Source: the human T2T-CHM13v2.0 reference genome, Homo sapiens
Length of the DNA: 64,000 nt
Assembly: GCF_009914755.1 (NCBI RefSeq)
Contig: NC_060937.1
Reading direction: 5' to 3' (one strand)
Notes under the pieces: model-generated
Seen by the model: the letters and a program-made list of their open reading frames with translations, nothing else
What the model was told of the DNA's origin: nothing
The model's database searches: none
Part shown: piece by piece, positions 28,295-42,440 of the stretch
Layout of the letters: each line of letters starts with the position of its first letter
How positions within the stretch are numbered: the first letter of the stretch is position 1
Made by a program: the position numbers and the translations under genes

Positions 28295-28492
28295 CAATGG
28301 TGTGGTCCTATCAGCTACCAAGAGCCCATTATTAAATATTTAGAAATTCTGCAAGCCAATTGATATTATATTGGCAGTTTAAATAGACCATGATGGGAAT
28401 ATGAATACAACAGAAATTGGCAAGTGCTACAAATCAGGGCTTGATTTGCAGGGGGAGGAGCCAGCTGGTAAATATTTAATAGCACAGCTTGG
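28295..28492. mobile_element. MER63A (hAT-Blackjack) MITE
   Basis: CCATGATGGGAATAT...CAGAAATTGGCAAGTGCTACAAATCAGGGCTT. Confidence 0.8.
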
Positions 28493-28733
28493 CTTTCACT
28501 AGGTCCATCAACGTGAAGGACCTTTGGCCACTTCCTCTTAGTCTCAGTTTTCCATTTTCAAGTTGCCCCTTTTGTAGCAGAGTGATTTACTCCTGCACAT
28601 GTCACCTTATTTTTTCAATGTCAGAAGGCACCACACACCTATGAGAACTTCATGATTGGAAAACTTACTCTTAATTGCAAGATATTAAATTGCCTGTTGC
28701 TCACTTTCTTTATAAGGCACTAACATTCTAACA

Positions 28734-28769
28734 CAAACACACACACACACACACACACGCACACACACA
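28734..28769. repeat. (CA)n microsatellite with one interruption
   Basis: Direct inspection. Confidence 0.95.
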
Positions 28770-29799
28770 TTGGGCTCCATCATTTGCCCAAAAAAAAAAG
28801 CTTTTCTTTTTGTTTGATCTGTGAGTGGTGACGAGTAGGAATTTTAGTGAAGGTAGAACTTAAAAAAAAAAAAAAAGAGTGGAAATAAAATGGCGAGCCT
28901 GGAAGGCCTTGTCCACGTTCAGCCCTGTGGCCAGGGTTGAATCACCCCTTGGTTACGAGGGCCACATGCTGTCAACCAGACAAAGCATAAATGACCCAGA
29001 TTGTGAGTTTGGTTCAGGGAGCTGAAGGAAACTCTTCTCGGGCCTTTATCCAAACCAGCACCCTGAGAATGGGAAGCCTGCATGCCTCTGTCCCCTTACC
29101 TGGAACATTGGAATATCCGTGATTGGGTGGAGTAGACGTTACAGAAGCAGGGGAGAGAGCAAGCAGGAGAGGCAGTGGGCAAATGGCCATCTCAGGAGGA
29201 CCCTGTCTGTGGGCTGTTGGTGGGTGTCTGCTAGAAAGTACTTTGGGGGCTTCCAGAAACAGTCCAAACTTACTTTAAGAAAAAACGAAGCTTGAGGGAG
29301 TCTGTGAATTCATCAGACGTTGGGGTTACCCTTCATCTTCAAACATCCCTTATTGGAACTATTTTGATATCTAGCTCTGACTTGATAAGTTACTGTGAAA
29401 CTGGGGGTTCCCAAACTTTAATGTATGTAACTGTCTGTTGAGGAATTTAATTAAAATGCAGAGTCCCAAGCCCTCCTCCCGAGTTCATCATGCTCAGGGC
29501 TGGATGGATCTGAGAAGCTTCATTTTTAACAACCACTCCTCTAACGCAGACAGCTTTAAATGTAACTGGGTAATTCCTTGCTTTTATTTCTGAGCAAAAA
29601 CAGTTGCTTCTATTGATAAAAAAAAAAAAAAAAAAGTTTACCTTCACATGATCTAATCAGGTTCATACATTAATTCTGAAAAAAAAATTATAGAATTTAT
29701 ATACTTTACAATTACTCTTCTCAAATAGTTCTTAAGAATCTTCTTAAAGAATATTCTTCAAGATTGAGTAAATCAGATTTTAAGGACAGAATTTTGCAG

Positions 29800-30335
29800 A
29801 ACTATTCAGCTATAAAAAAGGATGAGATCTAGTCATTTGCAACAACGTGGATGGAACTGGAGATCATTATGTTAAGTGAAATAAGCCAGGCCCAGAAAGA
29901 CAAACATTGATGTTCTCACTTATTTGTGGGATCTAAAATCAAAACAATTGAACTCACGGACATAGAGAGTAGAAGGACGGTTACCAGAGGGTGGGAAGGG
30001 TAGTGGGACTGTGTGTGTGGGGGGTGGGGAGGAGGGGCGGGGGGGAGGAGATAAGGATGGTTAATAGGTACAAAAAATTAGAAAGAATGAATAAAATCTA
30101 CTATTTGATAGCACAACGGGGTGACTACAGTCAATAATAATTTAATTGTACATTTAAAATTACTAAAAGAATATAACTGGATTGTTTGAGACAGAAAGGA
30201 TAAATGCTTGATGGAATGGAGACCCCATTCTTCATGATGTGATTATTACACACTGCATGCCTGTATCAAAACATCTCATGTACCCCATAAATACATACAC
30301 CTACTATGTCCCCACAAAAATTAAAAATACATGTT
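29800..30335 (+). mobile_element. L1MA (L1MA1-3-like) 3' end
   Basis: GTCATTTGCAACAACGTGGATGGAACTGGAG, TATTTGATAGCACAAC, CATGCCTGTATCAAAACATCTCATGTACCCCATAAAT. Confidence 0.92.
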
Positions 30336-32419
30336 TTTAAAAAAATATTGCAAAGAGAAATGTCACACCATAGCAGGAAGAATGAGCACATATCTAATCA
30401 ACAATATAATACAAATGATTTCCATTTGTAATCAGTAAACCAACAAATTCATTACAGCCAGATTAGCTAATAATGAATATAATGAGCTAAATCCTTCACC
30501 ATTTTGAAGGGCATATTAATTCAGGTAGAATGAAATCTGAGAAAGATGATGTAAACCTATGCTCCCACTCTGTATTCCTTTCTCTTCACCAAAAACCCAC
30601 AGATCTGATCATCAAATTCTGTCTACATGACAGCAACATAATCCAATGAAAAAAGTCAAGCAATGTTTTAGTTTGTTTAAACCTAGAACAAAACAATAGT
30701 TTATTTATCTAGTCATTCATTCACTCACTTACTGAATAGATCAGTTCTGGCATTGTTTCCAAACAATAAGAGCAGATTTGGAGTAACAAAGCATCGTGTT
30801 CATTACTGAACTTGCAATACAAAACATAATGCACTAATATTATATAAAAGTTTATTGGTCTCACACCAAAAGAAAGCGTCACAAAAATTCCCAATATCAC
30901 ATTTCTGAGGTCTTGAGTCTCAATTCTGCTTTTTAGTTTTCCAAACCTAGTTTTTCCCAAGGTTTCCAAATTGTGTTCTTCCAAAAAGAGCATACTGTGA
31001 TTCTTTTTAAATTTTTTTCAACTTCATTTATTTGAAGCAGGTGAATTTTTCATTTATTTAAAGTGTATGGATGAGCCACATCCTTGATCAAACGGGCAAT
31101 TAGATGAAAGGAATAGTGTGTGATACATGGTAGAGCAGCTTCAAAGAGAGTGGAGAAGGTCCCAACTGAAATGTCAGTAGGTTACCAGGTCATCATAATG
31201 ATTACAAAGGATATGAATTAAGTGACATTTTATGTCAATCATGGCTATAATTTCAATATTCATATTATACTACCTTGCGTCCTATAGCCAAAACTGCATT
31301 TCCCAGTTCCACTAGAATCATACTTTGTGACTGCCTAAAAATAAAAAATAAAAATACACAAGGGATGCCTGACATTCTAAATGCTTATACTGAAAATAAT
31401 AATCTGTTCATTTTCTTATGATTATTACTAACTTCCTGAACATTTAAATCATTCAGATAAACTCATTCATTTAAATAAACTAAAAATTTTCTGAGGTTAT
31501 AACTGGAAGTTAAAAGTACAAATCATATGTGATATGTTAACATGATACGGACAATCACTTACTGGTGCAGAAAGGTATGACTTTGGGGTATGTAGGTCTG
31601 TGGGAGAAAGAGAAATAAAACTGTGTTGTCTAACCAACATGGTGTTCAACCGATTGTCCCTGTAATGGCCAACCACACGGTGCTGTGGATGCCCTCATAC
31701 CTTGGCTCTGGAAACAGCTAGCGTTGGGCTATTCAGTATCACCGACTTAACAACTGTGATATTACTTTAATGCCATAATTGCCGTGCTATAAAGGTTTAT
31801 ATTGCGTTACTGTACAAAGAGTAACATGATATCATTCTAGGCAGTTTTTTTGCTAAACAAAAACTAAAGCGAAATTAAGCAGTCGTAGATGACGCCTTTA
31901 ATTCATGTGTCTGGAACAAATGAAATCAGTTTACAAAAGGATGATGCCTACAGGTACAAACTGCAGGCCAACATGAAAGACGTGTCTTTACAAAAATCCT
32001 TTGTAATTAGCATAAATGGTACATCATAAAAAGACTTTTTAAAATTTGATAATTTCATACAGTACCGTCCCTCATTATCATATCCTATGGCCTGGAAGAA
32101 ATTGTACACACAGCGAAGAAGTGAAAGAAAATTAACAAATTAAGAGGGAGGTAGCCTGCCATGCTTCATATGAACAGTAAAACAGCAAAGCGTTTTCCTA
32201 GCATAGTGCAAAAGGCCCATTTGGTATTTTCTGCACGTCGGGGAGGGAACAGCATTTTCTCCGAAGCATATTATGATAACAATTTGCACAAAATTAACTT
32301 GACCATAATGCAGGAGATCTTTCTTTCTAGACATAAACTATTTATTATTTTGCTAAAAATTTTATAGGTGGCTATCTTTTGTTTTATTTTAAGAATAAAA
32401 ATTTAAACATTATACAAAA

Positions 32420-33000
32420 AACTCGACAAGTATAGCACACTGGGGAGATACAAAGATGGAGTAGCTGCACCCCTTCCCCAGGTGCTCACTGTCTGGGGAA
32501 GAGAGAGACAATGACTCAGGCAGACAGTGGAAGGGGCTTGCGTAGAAGCAGAGATAGTATTTCTGGAAATAATTAATTCTGCCTTACAGCAGCAGGGACC
32601 ACTGCATTTGAATGAGTCACAGAAAGGAAAGAACAATTTTGCCAGGTGATGATGCATGAAGGCTTTGGAATCGAAGAAAACAAGAGGAGAAAAGGCATAG
32701 AGGCCCCGCAACACGGGGCAATCGGCTGAGTTAGGATGGAAGAATCTAAGTGATGAGGAGAGGGACCTGAGAAACCACTGGTGGATGCAGGCAATAAAGA
32801 TCCGTAAAGCTGCATTTAGAAGTTTGCATTTATACCATAGTCTATAGGAAGCCGTTCTTGAAGGGACAGCAATGAATTTTACACAGGAAATGAAGAGAAT
32901 ATGATCTGCTTCCTGAGATAAAGCAGGGGTTGGTCTGAGAGTTAGGATGAGGCTCAAGATGGGTAAAGGATGGGATGGGATGGTCAGAGGTGTCATAAGT
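32420..33000 (-). mobile_element. Degenerate L2 fragment
   Basis: Antisense L2 pattern (CTGGGGAGATACAAAGATG...CCCCAGGTGCTCACTGTCTGGGG; later AATTTTACACAGGAAATGA...ATATGATC). Confidence 0.6.
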
Positions 33001-33053
33001 ACCAAGGACAGGTAGAGCTCAGGTTGACATCAGGGTGTCTGCTAAAAGCAATC

Positions 33054-33088
33054 GGAAGGAAGGAAGGGAGGGAGGGAGGGAGGATGGG
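33054..33088. repeat. (GGAA)n/(GGGA)n purine tract with G-quadruplex motif
   Basis: GGAAGGAAGGAAGGGAGGGAGGGAGGG. Confidence 0.9.
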
Positions 33089-34810
33089 TTGGTTTTGATT
33101 TGTAACCTTATCAAATAACCTTAACCTTCTCCATATCAAAGTAACTGCATCCAACGAATCTTTTCATCATATTATCAGTGTCAAGATGACTGCATTAAAT
33201 TAAAATGTAATATGTAAAAATACATATAAAAAAACTTTGCTTATTAAGTAGAGAATAGATTGAATAAGACACTACCTACCAAAACATTTAACCTTGTTAC
33301 CTGTGAATATTAACTCATCCTGTAGCTCCTGTTCTCATAATTTTCTCAGATAATTCTTTCTCAACCCCATTCCCAGTTTCCTTTGTCATATATTTTCATG
33401 AAACTGCATTTCTCTCCTTGAAAGCAACGTTTGCAGTTTGTAACTGTACATTCAACAGTGATATTATTTGCCATTAGCCTCCAAACCTTGTGAGTCTAGG
33501 GATGTATCTGTTTAGTTTTTCAATTTATCTCTAGCACATAGCATAGAGCAGGTGTTCAATCAACCTTTTGAGTAGTGAGTCAATTAGTGAAAAAAACAAA
33601 TATCATAGAAGATACGCCTCCTTTGAACATGATTTTGGCCTCACCATTAGGAAAAGCTCTCCCATTGCCGAATTTCCCTCCGCCTTTATGGACGAAGGAG
33701 CATCGGCTCCTCTTGCCCTGACTGAAGCTTGGCTGTGTTACAAGAGACACTGGGGAGCTGTCACTGGTTGCTGTCTTTGCTATCCAGGAGGAATCATGCC
33801 AGCTTCAGGATGCCAGCTCTGATTAAATTCTTTTGATTCTGGGCTTCCCTCGGATAGAGAAAGGAGGGAAGGGGTTTGCTGGTTCATCCTACCACTGTGG
33901 AACATGAAAATAAATACAGTTTTCATTTATTAGAGACCACATCTACCAAACAGCACTTCAGAAACTCTGTGATATGGTCTCATTACAACCTAACAACGTG
34001 GTTTAAAGAGAATCCGTCACTCTTTCCCACTTCATTTGGCTCCTACCATGACCACACAGCATTTCAAAACTCCAGGGTTCTGGTTTCCAAAATCCACTTG
34101 GAACTCATCACAGCCTCCCCCTCCTGGAAGTTCCAACCTTCAGCTTCAGAATTAAGGCATGAAGCACATGGAAATACAATGTTCCAATCCATCTAATTAA
34201 TGCATTAAGTCCCTCATTTACATAGTACAAATTTCCCTTTATGCTTTCAGTTGCTTGGCAATTGCTTGCCTCAAGAAAACATATTAGCAGTTAAAATGCA
34301 GCTTAACAATAAGAGAAATAACAAAGACATCAGCCATATTTCAAAAAGGAAATTTCAGAAAGAAAAGGAAAAATTCATCATGTAAAAGGATTTCAAATCT
34401 TCAAGTAGCTGAATCACTCGATTTTGAAAAATAATTTAGCCATAGCAAGTAAAGTAACATATATTACTCTGGCAGGCAGAAGCAGCATCCATTAAAGTCT
34501 GTGGAGCAGATGCTACTGTCAAATCTGCAGAGCGTCTCAGCAAATGCATCTCTGTTAGGAAGGGCACAGAGTGAGTGAAGCCCTCCCTGACTTTATAGGG
34601 CAGAAGGACAACCAGGATCCCTCTCTTGAGTGATGTTATCATCAAGAACAGTGGCACTTTCAGGAGAACCAAAATGTTCCCAAATAGGGGGAAATTTTGA
34701 ACCAAACATAAAACAATGAACCAACAAAGCCCTACTAAAATGTACTGAATCACTGGGAAGAGACAGATGGAGGGACAACTTTGATCCTAAATTAATCCCA
34801 GCTTGTGTCA

Positions 34811-35015
34811 AAATACCTTGTGCTCCTCCAGCTTCCTGGGAGGGGTGTGGCTGGGCGGAGGGCGAGCTGGGCATGCACTTCCGGGAACGGCACCCGGTTG
34901 GACGGGCAGTCAATGTCCCTCATTTTAGAAGTGGTCTCCTTCCTCCTCGCAGTGTGTGCAGAACGGTGCTGCAGACGTCAAGGTCGAAGGGGCAGCGTGA
35001 CCTTCTCCAGGTCGG
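34811..35015. promoter_or_regulatory. Non-repeat CpG cluster with promoter-type motifs; candidate minus-strand first exon
   Basis: About 13 CpGs in ~170 bp; ETS CACTTCCGG (34876-34884), GC box GGGCGGAG (34853), KLF GGGGTGTGG (34842), GACGTCA; minus donor AAG|GTATTT at 34817/34816. Confidence 0.5.
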
Positions 35016-35151
35016 ATTTAAAATGAGAACAGTAAAGGCAAAGCAGCAAACTTTCCGTACCATTGCCAGTGATACAGCAACTGTCAGTCCAGCTCAGAGA
35101 AACCTAAAAAGAACATTCCAAAATGCAAGCTCAAAAAATGTTAATATGTTG

Positions 35152-35480
<329 letters not shown>

Positions 35481-35647
35481 TCAAATGTTATCAAGGTTCA
35501 AAACTGCATTTCAACAATATTGCTTTCTTACTATGAAATTATTTATAGCATCCAATGCTCTTATATAACACATTAAAATATACCGAAGACTTTCTATATA
35601 AAATTTCTTTTAATATTTAAAAACACACTGGGAAACACGAATTTTGG

Positions 35648-35778
35648 TATATTCCCATTTTTTAGATGAGTTCACTGAGTTTCAGAGTACTGAAACTATT
35701 ATTTTTCCAAGATATCAAAACAAGAAATGTGCAGAGTTGTAACAAATCCAGATTCTGTGATTCCAAATCCAAGCTCAA
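35648..35778 (-). mobile_element. MIR fragment
   Basis: CCCATTTTTAGATGAG...ACTGAG...CAGAG...CCAAGATATCA...TCTGTGATTCCAAATCC. Confidence 0.7.
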
Positions 35779-36687
35779 GAGGAGGAATAAATTAACACAT
35801 TATATCAAATTATACTAAATCTAAAGCGCTTATACTGTACTTCCGGTACATGATCTGATGTGTAGTATATGAAAATCGGTATGACATGGCCTATTTTTCT
35901 ACCATGTCACTAAATTGGAGTGGAAACTTTCTCAGAATGTTGCTTTTTAGCACGTTTATGCAACTATTAATAAAACAAAGAAGTGAGTGTGAGATGAGAG
36001 AGTGAAAAAAAGTTATGATGCCCCAATAAGAAAAATAAGCCAAAGAAAACCAACCAAACGAACAAAAACAAACTGGAAGAATGTCAGTAGCCAGTTCCTG
36101 ATTAGTTACCCTGATTGAAAGCCACCAATTCAGAGTCAGATGTTCCTAGGGCATCTAATAAATCGTCTTTTCTTTTGCGTAATGATGAGCAGCTGTTCTC
36201 TAAGATGGCCTCATTGCCTGGGACCGCTGCGAAGGACAGCTCTGGACTCCTAAAATCAGGCGTTAAGTTGTCTGAAGGTTCAACGGGAGGTTGGCAGGAT
36301 CTGGTTTAAGTTTCCCAGATGCTAATTTCAGAGTCATCTTCAGCCTTATTCTGACTCTTCACATCTCAGCAATCACCCCACATCCACTTCAGGGAGTCTC
36401 TTACAGTCTCCTGATCACAACAACCAAAAATGTTGTCCCCTCCTTATACTGACTCCCTAATACCAGAATAGTCTCCAACTGGGTATCCCTGCTTTCATTC
36501 ACCTCTGCTCCGCGATCACACAAAGCTCTGACTTTGTCATTCTCTAATCAAGTTTCTTCAAAGGCCTGAGGAAGGACCCTCCTTAGCCCATCACAGGGCC
36601 TTTCACTGTGCTGCCTGATCTTACCTTCCCCGCAGGCTTCATGCATCCCCCTGCCAAACTGTACTGTCTCCTTTGCACACCACATGC

Positions 36688-37004
<317 letters not shown>

Positions 37005-37322
37005 CACACCCCATGTTTTATCCTCCTTCTTCTTTCATTTCTGGTTCTTCCCTCTACCTTATTCTTTCACAGACATTGTCACATGACTGAATTCAACTTT
37101 TCTTTCAAAACCAAAAGCGAATTATGTCTTCTCCATCGAACTGCCTCTGAACCTCTTTTTGCTGCCTATATCTTAGCCTGCTGCGAAGTTACATAAAACT
37201 TTATGTAGCACTTTATGTGTACAAATGTGTGAGGCCAGGAGAGTGAGATCACCAGTAGAGGTATTCTTACCCACCCTCCACCAGCAGACCGGGATTTGTG
37301 GCTAGCAGACCTACATGGAAAT

Positions 37323-37890
37323 TTGGTGGCGTGCTGGTAAATGCTTAACAACCAGCTCTTCAGGGAAGAAAACAGCCTGATATGTAATGTTTGTCAATTT
37401 CTATAGTGTAAATACTGCTGTCATAGCCAATTCCAAGCAGCCAACTTGATGTCACTGAATGAGAAAATGCAAGTAAGAACACACCACTATGCAGCATTTT
37501 CATCATACAGATAAAATAACAGTAAATAACTTCAAAAGCAAACATAATCATAAAATGTAGTACAATAATTAGAAAGTAATGAATTCTGAGAAAGTTTAAA
37601 ATCTTTTTTTTTTTTAATTTATGGATTTTTTTGTAGAGACAGGGGTCTCTCTTTGTTCTGCAGGCTTCTCTCAAACTCCTGGGCTCAAGTTATTCACTCT
37701 CCTCGGTCTCTCAGAGTGCTGGGATTATAGTCAGTAGCAACTGCAACGAGGCTAAATTCTTTTTAAAATATAGTTTATACAAATATATATCATTTACATT
37801 ATAAAAATAGCTGTGTTTATAAGCCAGCTAAAAAACTTCTTGGAAATTTAAAAATCTGTTCTTGTGAGCTAGTACTGAGCAGCTCCAGTT
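37323..37890. mobile_element. MER63B-like hAT MITE interrupted by FLAM
   Basis: Terminus GGTGGCGTGCTGGTAAATGCTTAACAACCAGCTCT; ATAAAATGTAGTACAATAATTAG; other end AATAGCTGTGTTTA...CAGCTCCAG. Confidence 0.78.
37604..37753 (-). mobile_element. FLAM / AluJ left monomer
   Basis: GTAGAGACAGGGTCTC...AACTCCTGGGCTCAAG...GTGCTGGGATTA; single monomer with T tract. Confidence 0.85.
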
Positions 37891-37899
37891 ACAGAAACC

Positions 37900-38030
37900 C
37901 CTTTTCTACCCTGAGCAGCTTCTGCGTGATCTTGAAGGAGTGACTTTACTGCTGAAGCTTTAGTTTTCTCATCTGAAATATAGTTATACATTGTAAAGCT
38001 TTGGAAAGGATAAAGTATTTAAGAAAATTC
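37900..38030 (+). mobile_element. MIR fragment
   Basis: GTGATCTTG...AGTTTTCTCATCTGAAA. Confidence 0.6.
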
Positions 38031-38263
38031 CTCAGATATGGTTGGATCTAAAAAAAATGGTAATTCTCATTGTAGTAGTAGCTCCTTTATGTAGATCCCC
38101 CAGCCCTTAGCCTGTATTTTGTTTACAACAAGGATTGAATATATATATATATTCAAATATATATATATATATTTGCGGGGTATATTAAGTTGCACAAATT
38201 ACAAATTTTATTTCTGGACATCTCTTCCTCTGTACCTAAGGGATGATAATAGCAGGAAAATAA

Positions 38264-38623
<360 letters not shown>

Positions 38624-39047
38624 TGTTGCCTTTTTCAAAAAAACCATCAGTGCCCACAGTGGAGCACACAAATCTAATCTGTGCAACTACTGTGTTAAAT
38701 TCAATGACATTTGTTTATGGAACCAATACAATGTTGGTTCAATGCCATGATAAGAGTTTTATTTTGAGACTGAATAAATACTTTATATTCAATTTTTTTT
38801 TTAATCTGTAGGATGCTTTGTGGCCTAGTCATCAAACACAAACATGAAGAAGTGTACTAAGTAGATGCCCTGTGTCAATGAAAACCAACTTGATATGATT
38901 TCTCTTTGCACTCAACAAAATTTGATGTGGTAACATATGTCCAATTTAAACAAGCTATTGTCTTGCCACGAAGTTGCTTATTGTTAGTTCAGTCACAATT
39001 TTCTTCTACTAGAGGCACAGAGATATACAATGAGTCTTGGCCCTTGA

Positions 39048-39517
<470 letters not shown>

Positions 39518-39599
39518 TGACTTTTTCCTGTCAACCTAAGACAAGTTCAAAATCTCCTTTATCCTAGCCCTGAACGACACACACCTAATCTCACTGGTC

Positions 39600-41000
39600 T
39601 CTGTGTTACTGTTCTTCCCTTTACAACTAAAATTTTAAAAGACTTATTCACTCTCTTTACTTGCTGACTTCTTCATCATCGCTAAATTCCATGAAGTCTG
39701 TATTTTGGCTTGCAATTCTACTGGAACTTTTCCAGTAAAGTAAACCAATGCCTTCCGAATCATCTAACACACTGGCCAGCCTTCCCTTCTCACCCAGGTG
39801 AACCTCTGCAGTATTTGACACCCTCTGGCCTAGTCTCCTTCTTTTTTTAGTCATCTTTTAAAATTTTGTGCGTTCTATGACTCTACTATCACCAGTTTGC
39901 AAACAACTTCCCTGCCCATGTTGCAAGCCATATTGCAAGCCCTCATCTTCCCACACTCACGTTTCCAACTGTGGATGACACCTTTCCACAGGAATCCTAA
40001 AAGCATGCTCAAAATAGAACACAGCGCCTCCTCTCAAAAAAAAAAAAATTTACACATTAACTCTATTCCACCCTTTAATTAATGGCATCATGAACTCTCC
40101 AGGAAACTAAAGTTAAAAATTGGCAATGATCTTTAATTTACCTTTTTATTTTACACGCACATCCAATCATACATGGAATCTTGGCAAACCCCTCTAAGGA
40201 AGTCTGCCCCCTCTCTTTCTGCTCCGTGGATATACTCTCATAAAGCTCGCCATCTTGCCCCACTCGAGGACTTCAATGTAGTCTTCTGTATTATAGATTG
40301 TTCTAGTCTTTTCCTCCTCTGATGCATCTGACATACTGCTGTCAAAACCATGTTTCCAAACAAGACTCTGATCATATTATGTTAGACTCAGTTTCAGTGA
40401 CTTCCGACCACATATGGAGTAAAGTACAAATGCCCAGCCCAGTACTCAAATATTTATCTGGCTTCTACCTATCCTTCCGCGATTGTTCTCCATTAGACTC
40501 CACTCCCTGGAAAGAAACACTTAGGTCCTCTGTAATCCTCCACTGCCTGTCCCAAAGACTGTGCTCTTCTCCTTCCACTTATAACAAATCTCTTTTGTCT
40601 GCAGTGCCTCTCCCTTTTTCATTCTTTCTCAGTTTGTCTATTGAAGAATAAGCTTAAACCCCAGCTTTTCCAGAAACCCTTCCAAATCTCGTGGTTGTAA
40701 TCAATCTTCCCTTCTTTTCTCCCGAATGCTCCCATGACCATTTGAAGTGAATCTCTACCAATCTTTTTAAAAATGATATGTGTGTGTGAGAGGGCACACA
40801 TGCTTATGTGTGTATATGTGTGAATATGTATATGTATATGTATACATCACACACATACACACACACATATATATATATATATACTTAGACTCCTTGAGAG
40901 CAGAGATCTGTGTCTTAACTTTGTTTTTTATCACGTACAGCACCACCAAAGGGTTTTTCTCAAGATGCCGTACTTAAGAGTTTGGTGGAGAATCTTGTTA
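39600..41000 (+). mobile_element. Long degenerate L2 relic interrupted by a compound microsatellite
   Basis: CTCTGCAGTATTTGACAC, CACATCCAATCA, CTGATCATATT, L2 tail AGACTCCTTGAGAGCAGAGATCTGTGTCTTA. Confidence 0.7.
40779..40883. repeat. Compound TG/TATG/CA/TA microsatellite (self-complementary arms)
   Basis: TG-rich left part, CA-rich right part, (TA)n end. Confidence 0.9.
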
Positions 41001-42116
41001 AATGTCTGTGTCTACTGTGCCAATCCAGATTCACTTGTCCTTCTGAGACCTCAAGCGATTTGGAGCAATAAAACCTGTACTCTCTGTACTTTTCTTTGCA
41101 GGCTTAGTCACTTTTATGGTACCTATTTCCTGGTGACACATATTTACTTTGTGGTCAGATGTTTTACGATAAATTAGGTGCAAATTGGGACTCAGCTATC
41201 CAGGTTCCTGAAACATCTCAGGACACTTTCAGACAGTGCCCCTTGAAAATCTCATAAAGCTTACCCCTCACCACAGTCAAAGGCACATAAGTAAATCCAC
41301 ATAGGTTTACATGCAACTGCAGAAGGTTTGTAAACACTCTCTCCTCCCTGAAAATCTATTGATGGTGGCGGGGGACAGGGGTGTGGTCATTGGATCCTAG
41401 GTTAAAAGTCGTGGAACTGGGAGGATTTTTACAGTTACTAGAAATGTAAATGCAAACAAAATTTCTAACGTCACTTAACACTGGTAGAATGACTACAAAA
41501 ATTTAAGAAGTTAGAGCCACTTAGAAAGTTCCTAAAATATCAGGGAGAGCATGTCTCACTCTTACATCAGAATTCTAGAAAATTCAGGAAGCAAATTTAT
41601 TTTAAATACTTTTTGTTACAAGGCATATAACATGTTTGAACTAGTATGCTATTTCAGCTTTTAACACATTTTCTCAATTATCTGCTAGTATGTTAACTAA
41701 ATAATTTCCAAATGCAGATTAAAAAGTATACTAGATCTGAAAAATTAGAATTAGAATCGTCCTTGAAGCATTTTACCTTTTTCAGAGCTAGCCTTTTGAA
41801 TCAGAGGGATACACTTAAAAGAAGTTATAGCAACAGCAATAAAAACCGTTTGAAGATAATGTACTGTGATATAATTTAGTTATCACCAGCAAATTGTAAA
41901 GTAAAATTCTACTTAGAAATTAGATTATATTTCAGCAAAAACATAAGAATTCTGTCAGTCTCTTTTTTGGTTGTTTGTTTATAAATTTGTTCCTCAGTTT
42001 TTGTTTGTTGTAGGACCTCGAGAAAAATATGTTTTCAATTTCCTTATTCATTTATTTTTTTCATTTAATCATCCTTTCGACAATGCTTATGGTGAGCACA
42101 CTCCGTTGACACAGCA

Positions 42117-42440
42117 CAGTCGGCCCTCAGTATCTGTGGGTTCCACATCTGTGGCTTCAATCAACTTCAGATCTAAAATATTTGGGGAAAAAATGTGTCT
42201 GCACTGAACATGTACAGTTTTTTTTTTTCTTGTCATTTTCCCCTAAGAAATAGAGTATAATATGCATTTACATTGTAGTTGGCATTATAAGTAACCTAGA
42301 GGCAATTTAAAGTAGATGGGTGGATGTGCATAGGTTATATGCAAATACTCTGAGACCTTATATCAGGAACTTGGGCATTCTTGAATTTCGGTATCTGAGA
42401 GAAGTTGAACCAATACTTCATGAATACCGAGAGATGAATG
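42117..42440. mobile_element. MER2 (TcMar-Tigger) MITE inserted in an antisense L2 (~42050-42960)
   Basis: TIR CAGTCGGCCCTCAGTATC ... ATACCGAGAGATGAATG; internal CTGAACATGTACAG and ATAGGTTATATGCAAATACT. Confidence 0.9.

Noticed and set aside
32403-33005. Longest ORF (200 aa, minus strand)
   Set aside because: Non-ATG start, overlaps a degenerate L2, S/L/P/C-rich composition and no recognisable domain.
34880-34900. RVPFP peptide resembling the Elabela/APELA C-terminus
   Set aside because: Only five residues match, they are not C-terminal and there is no signal peptide; chance.
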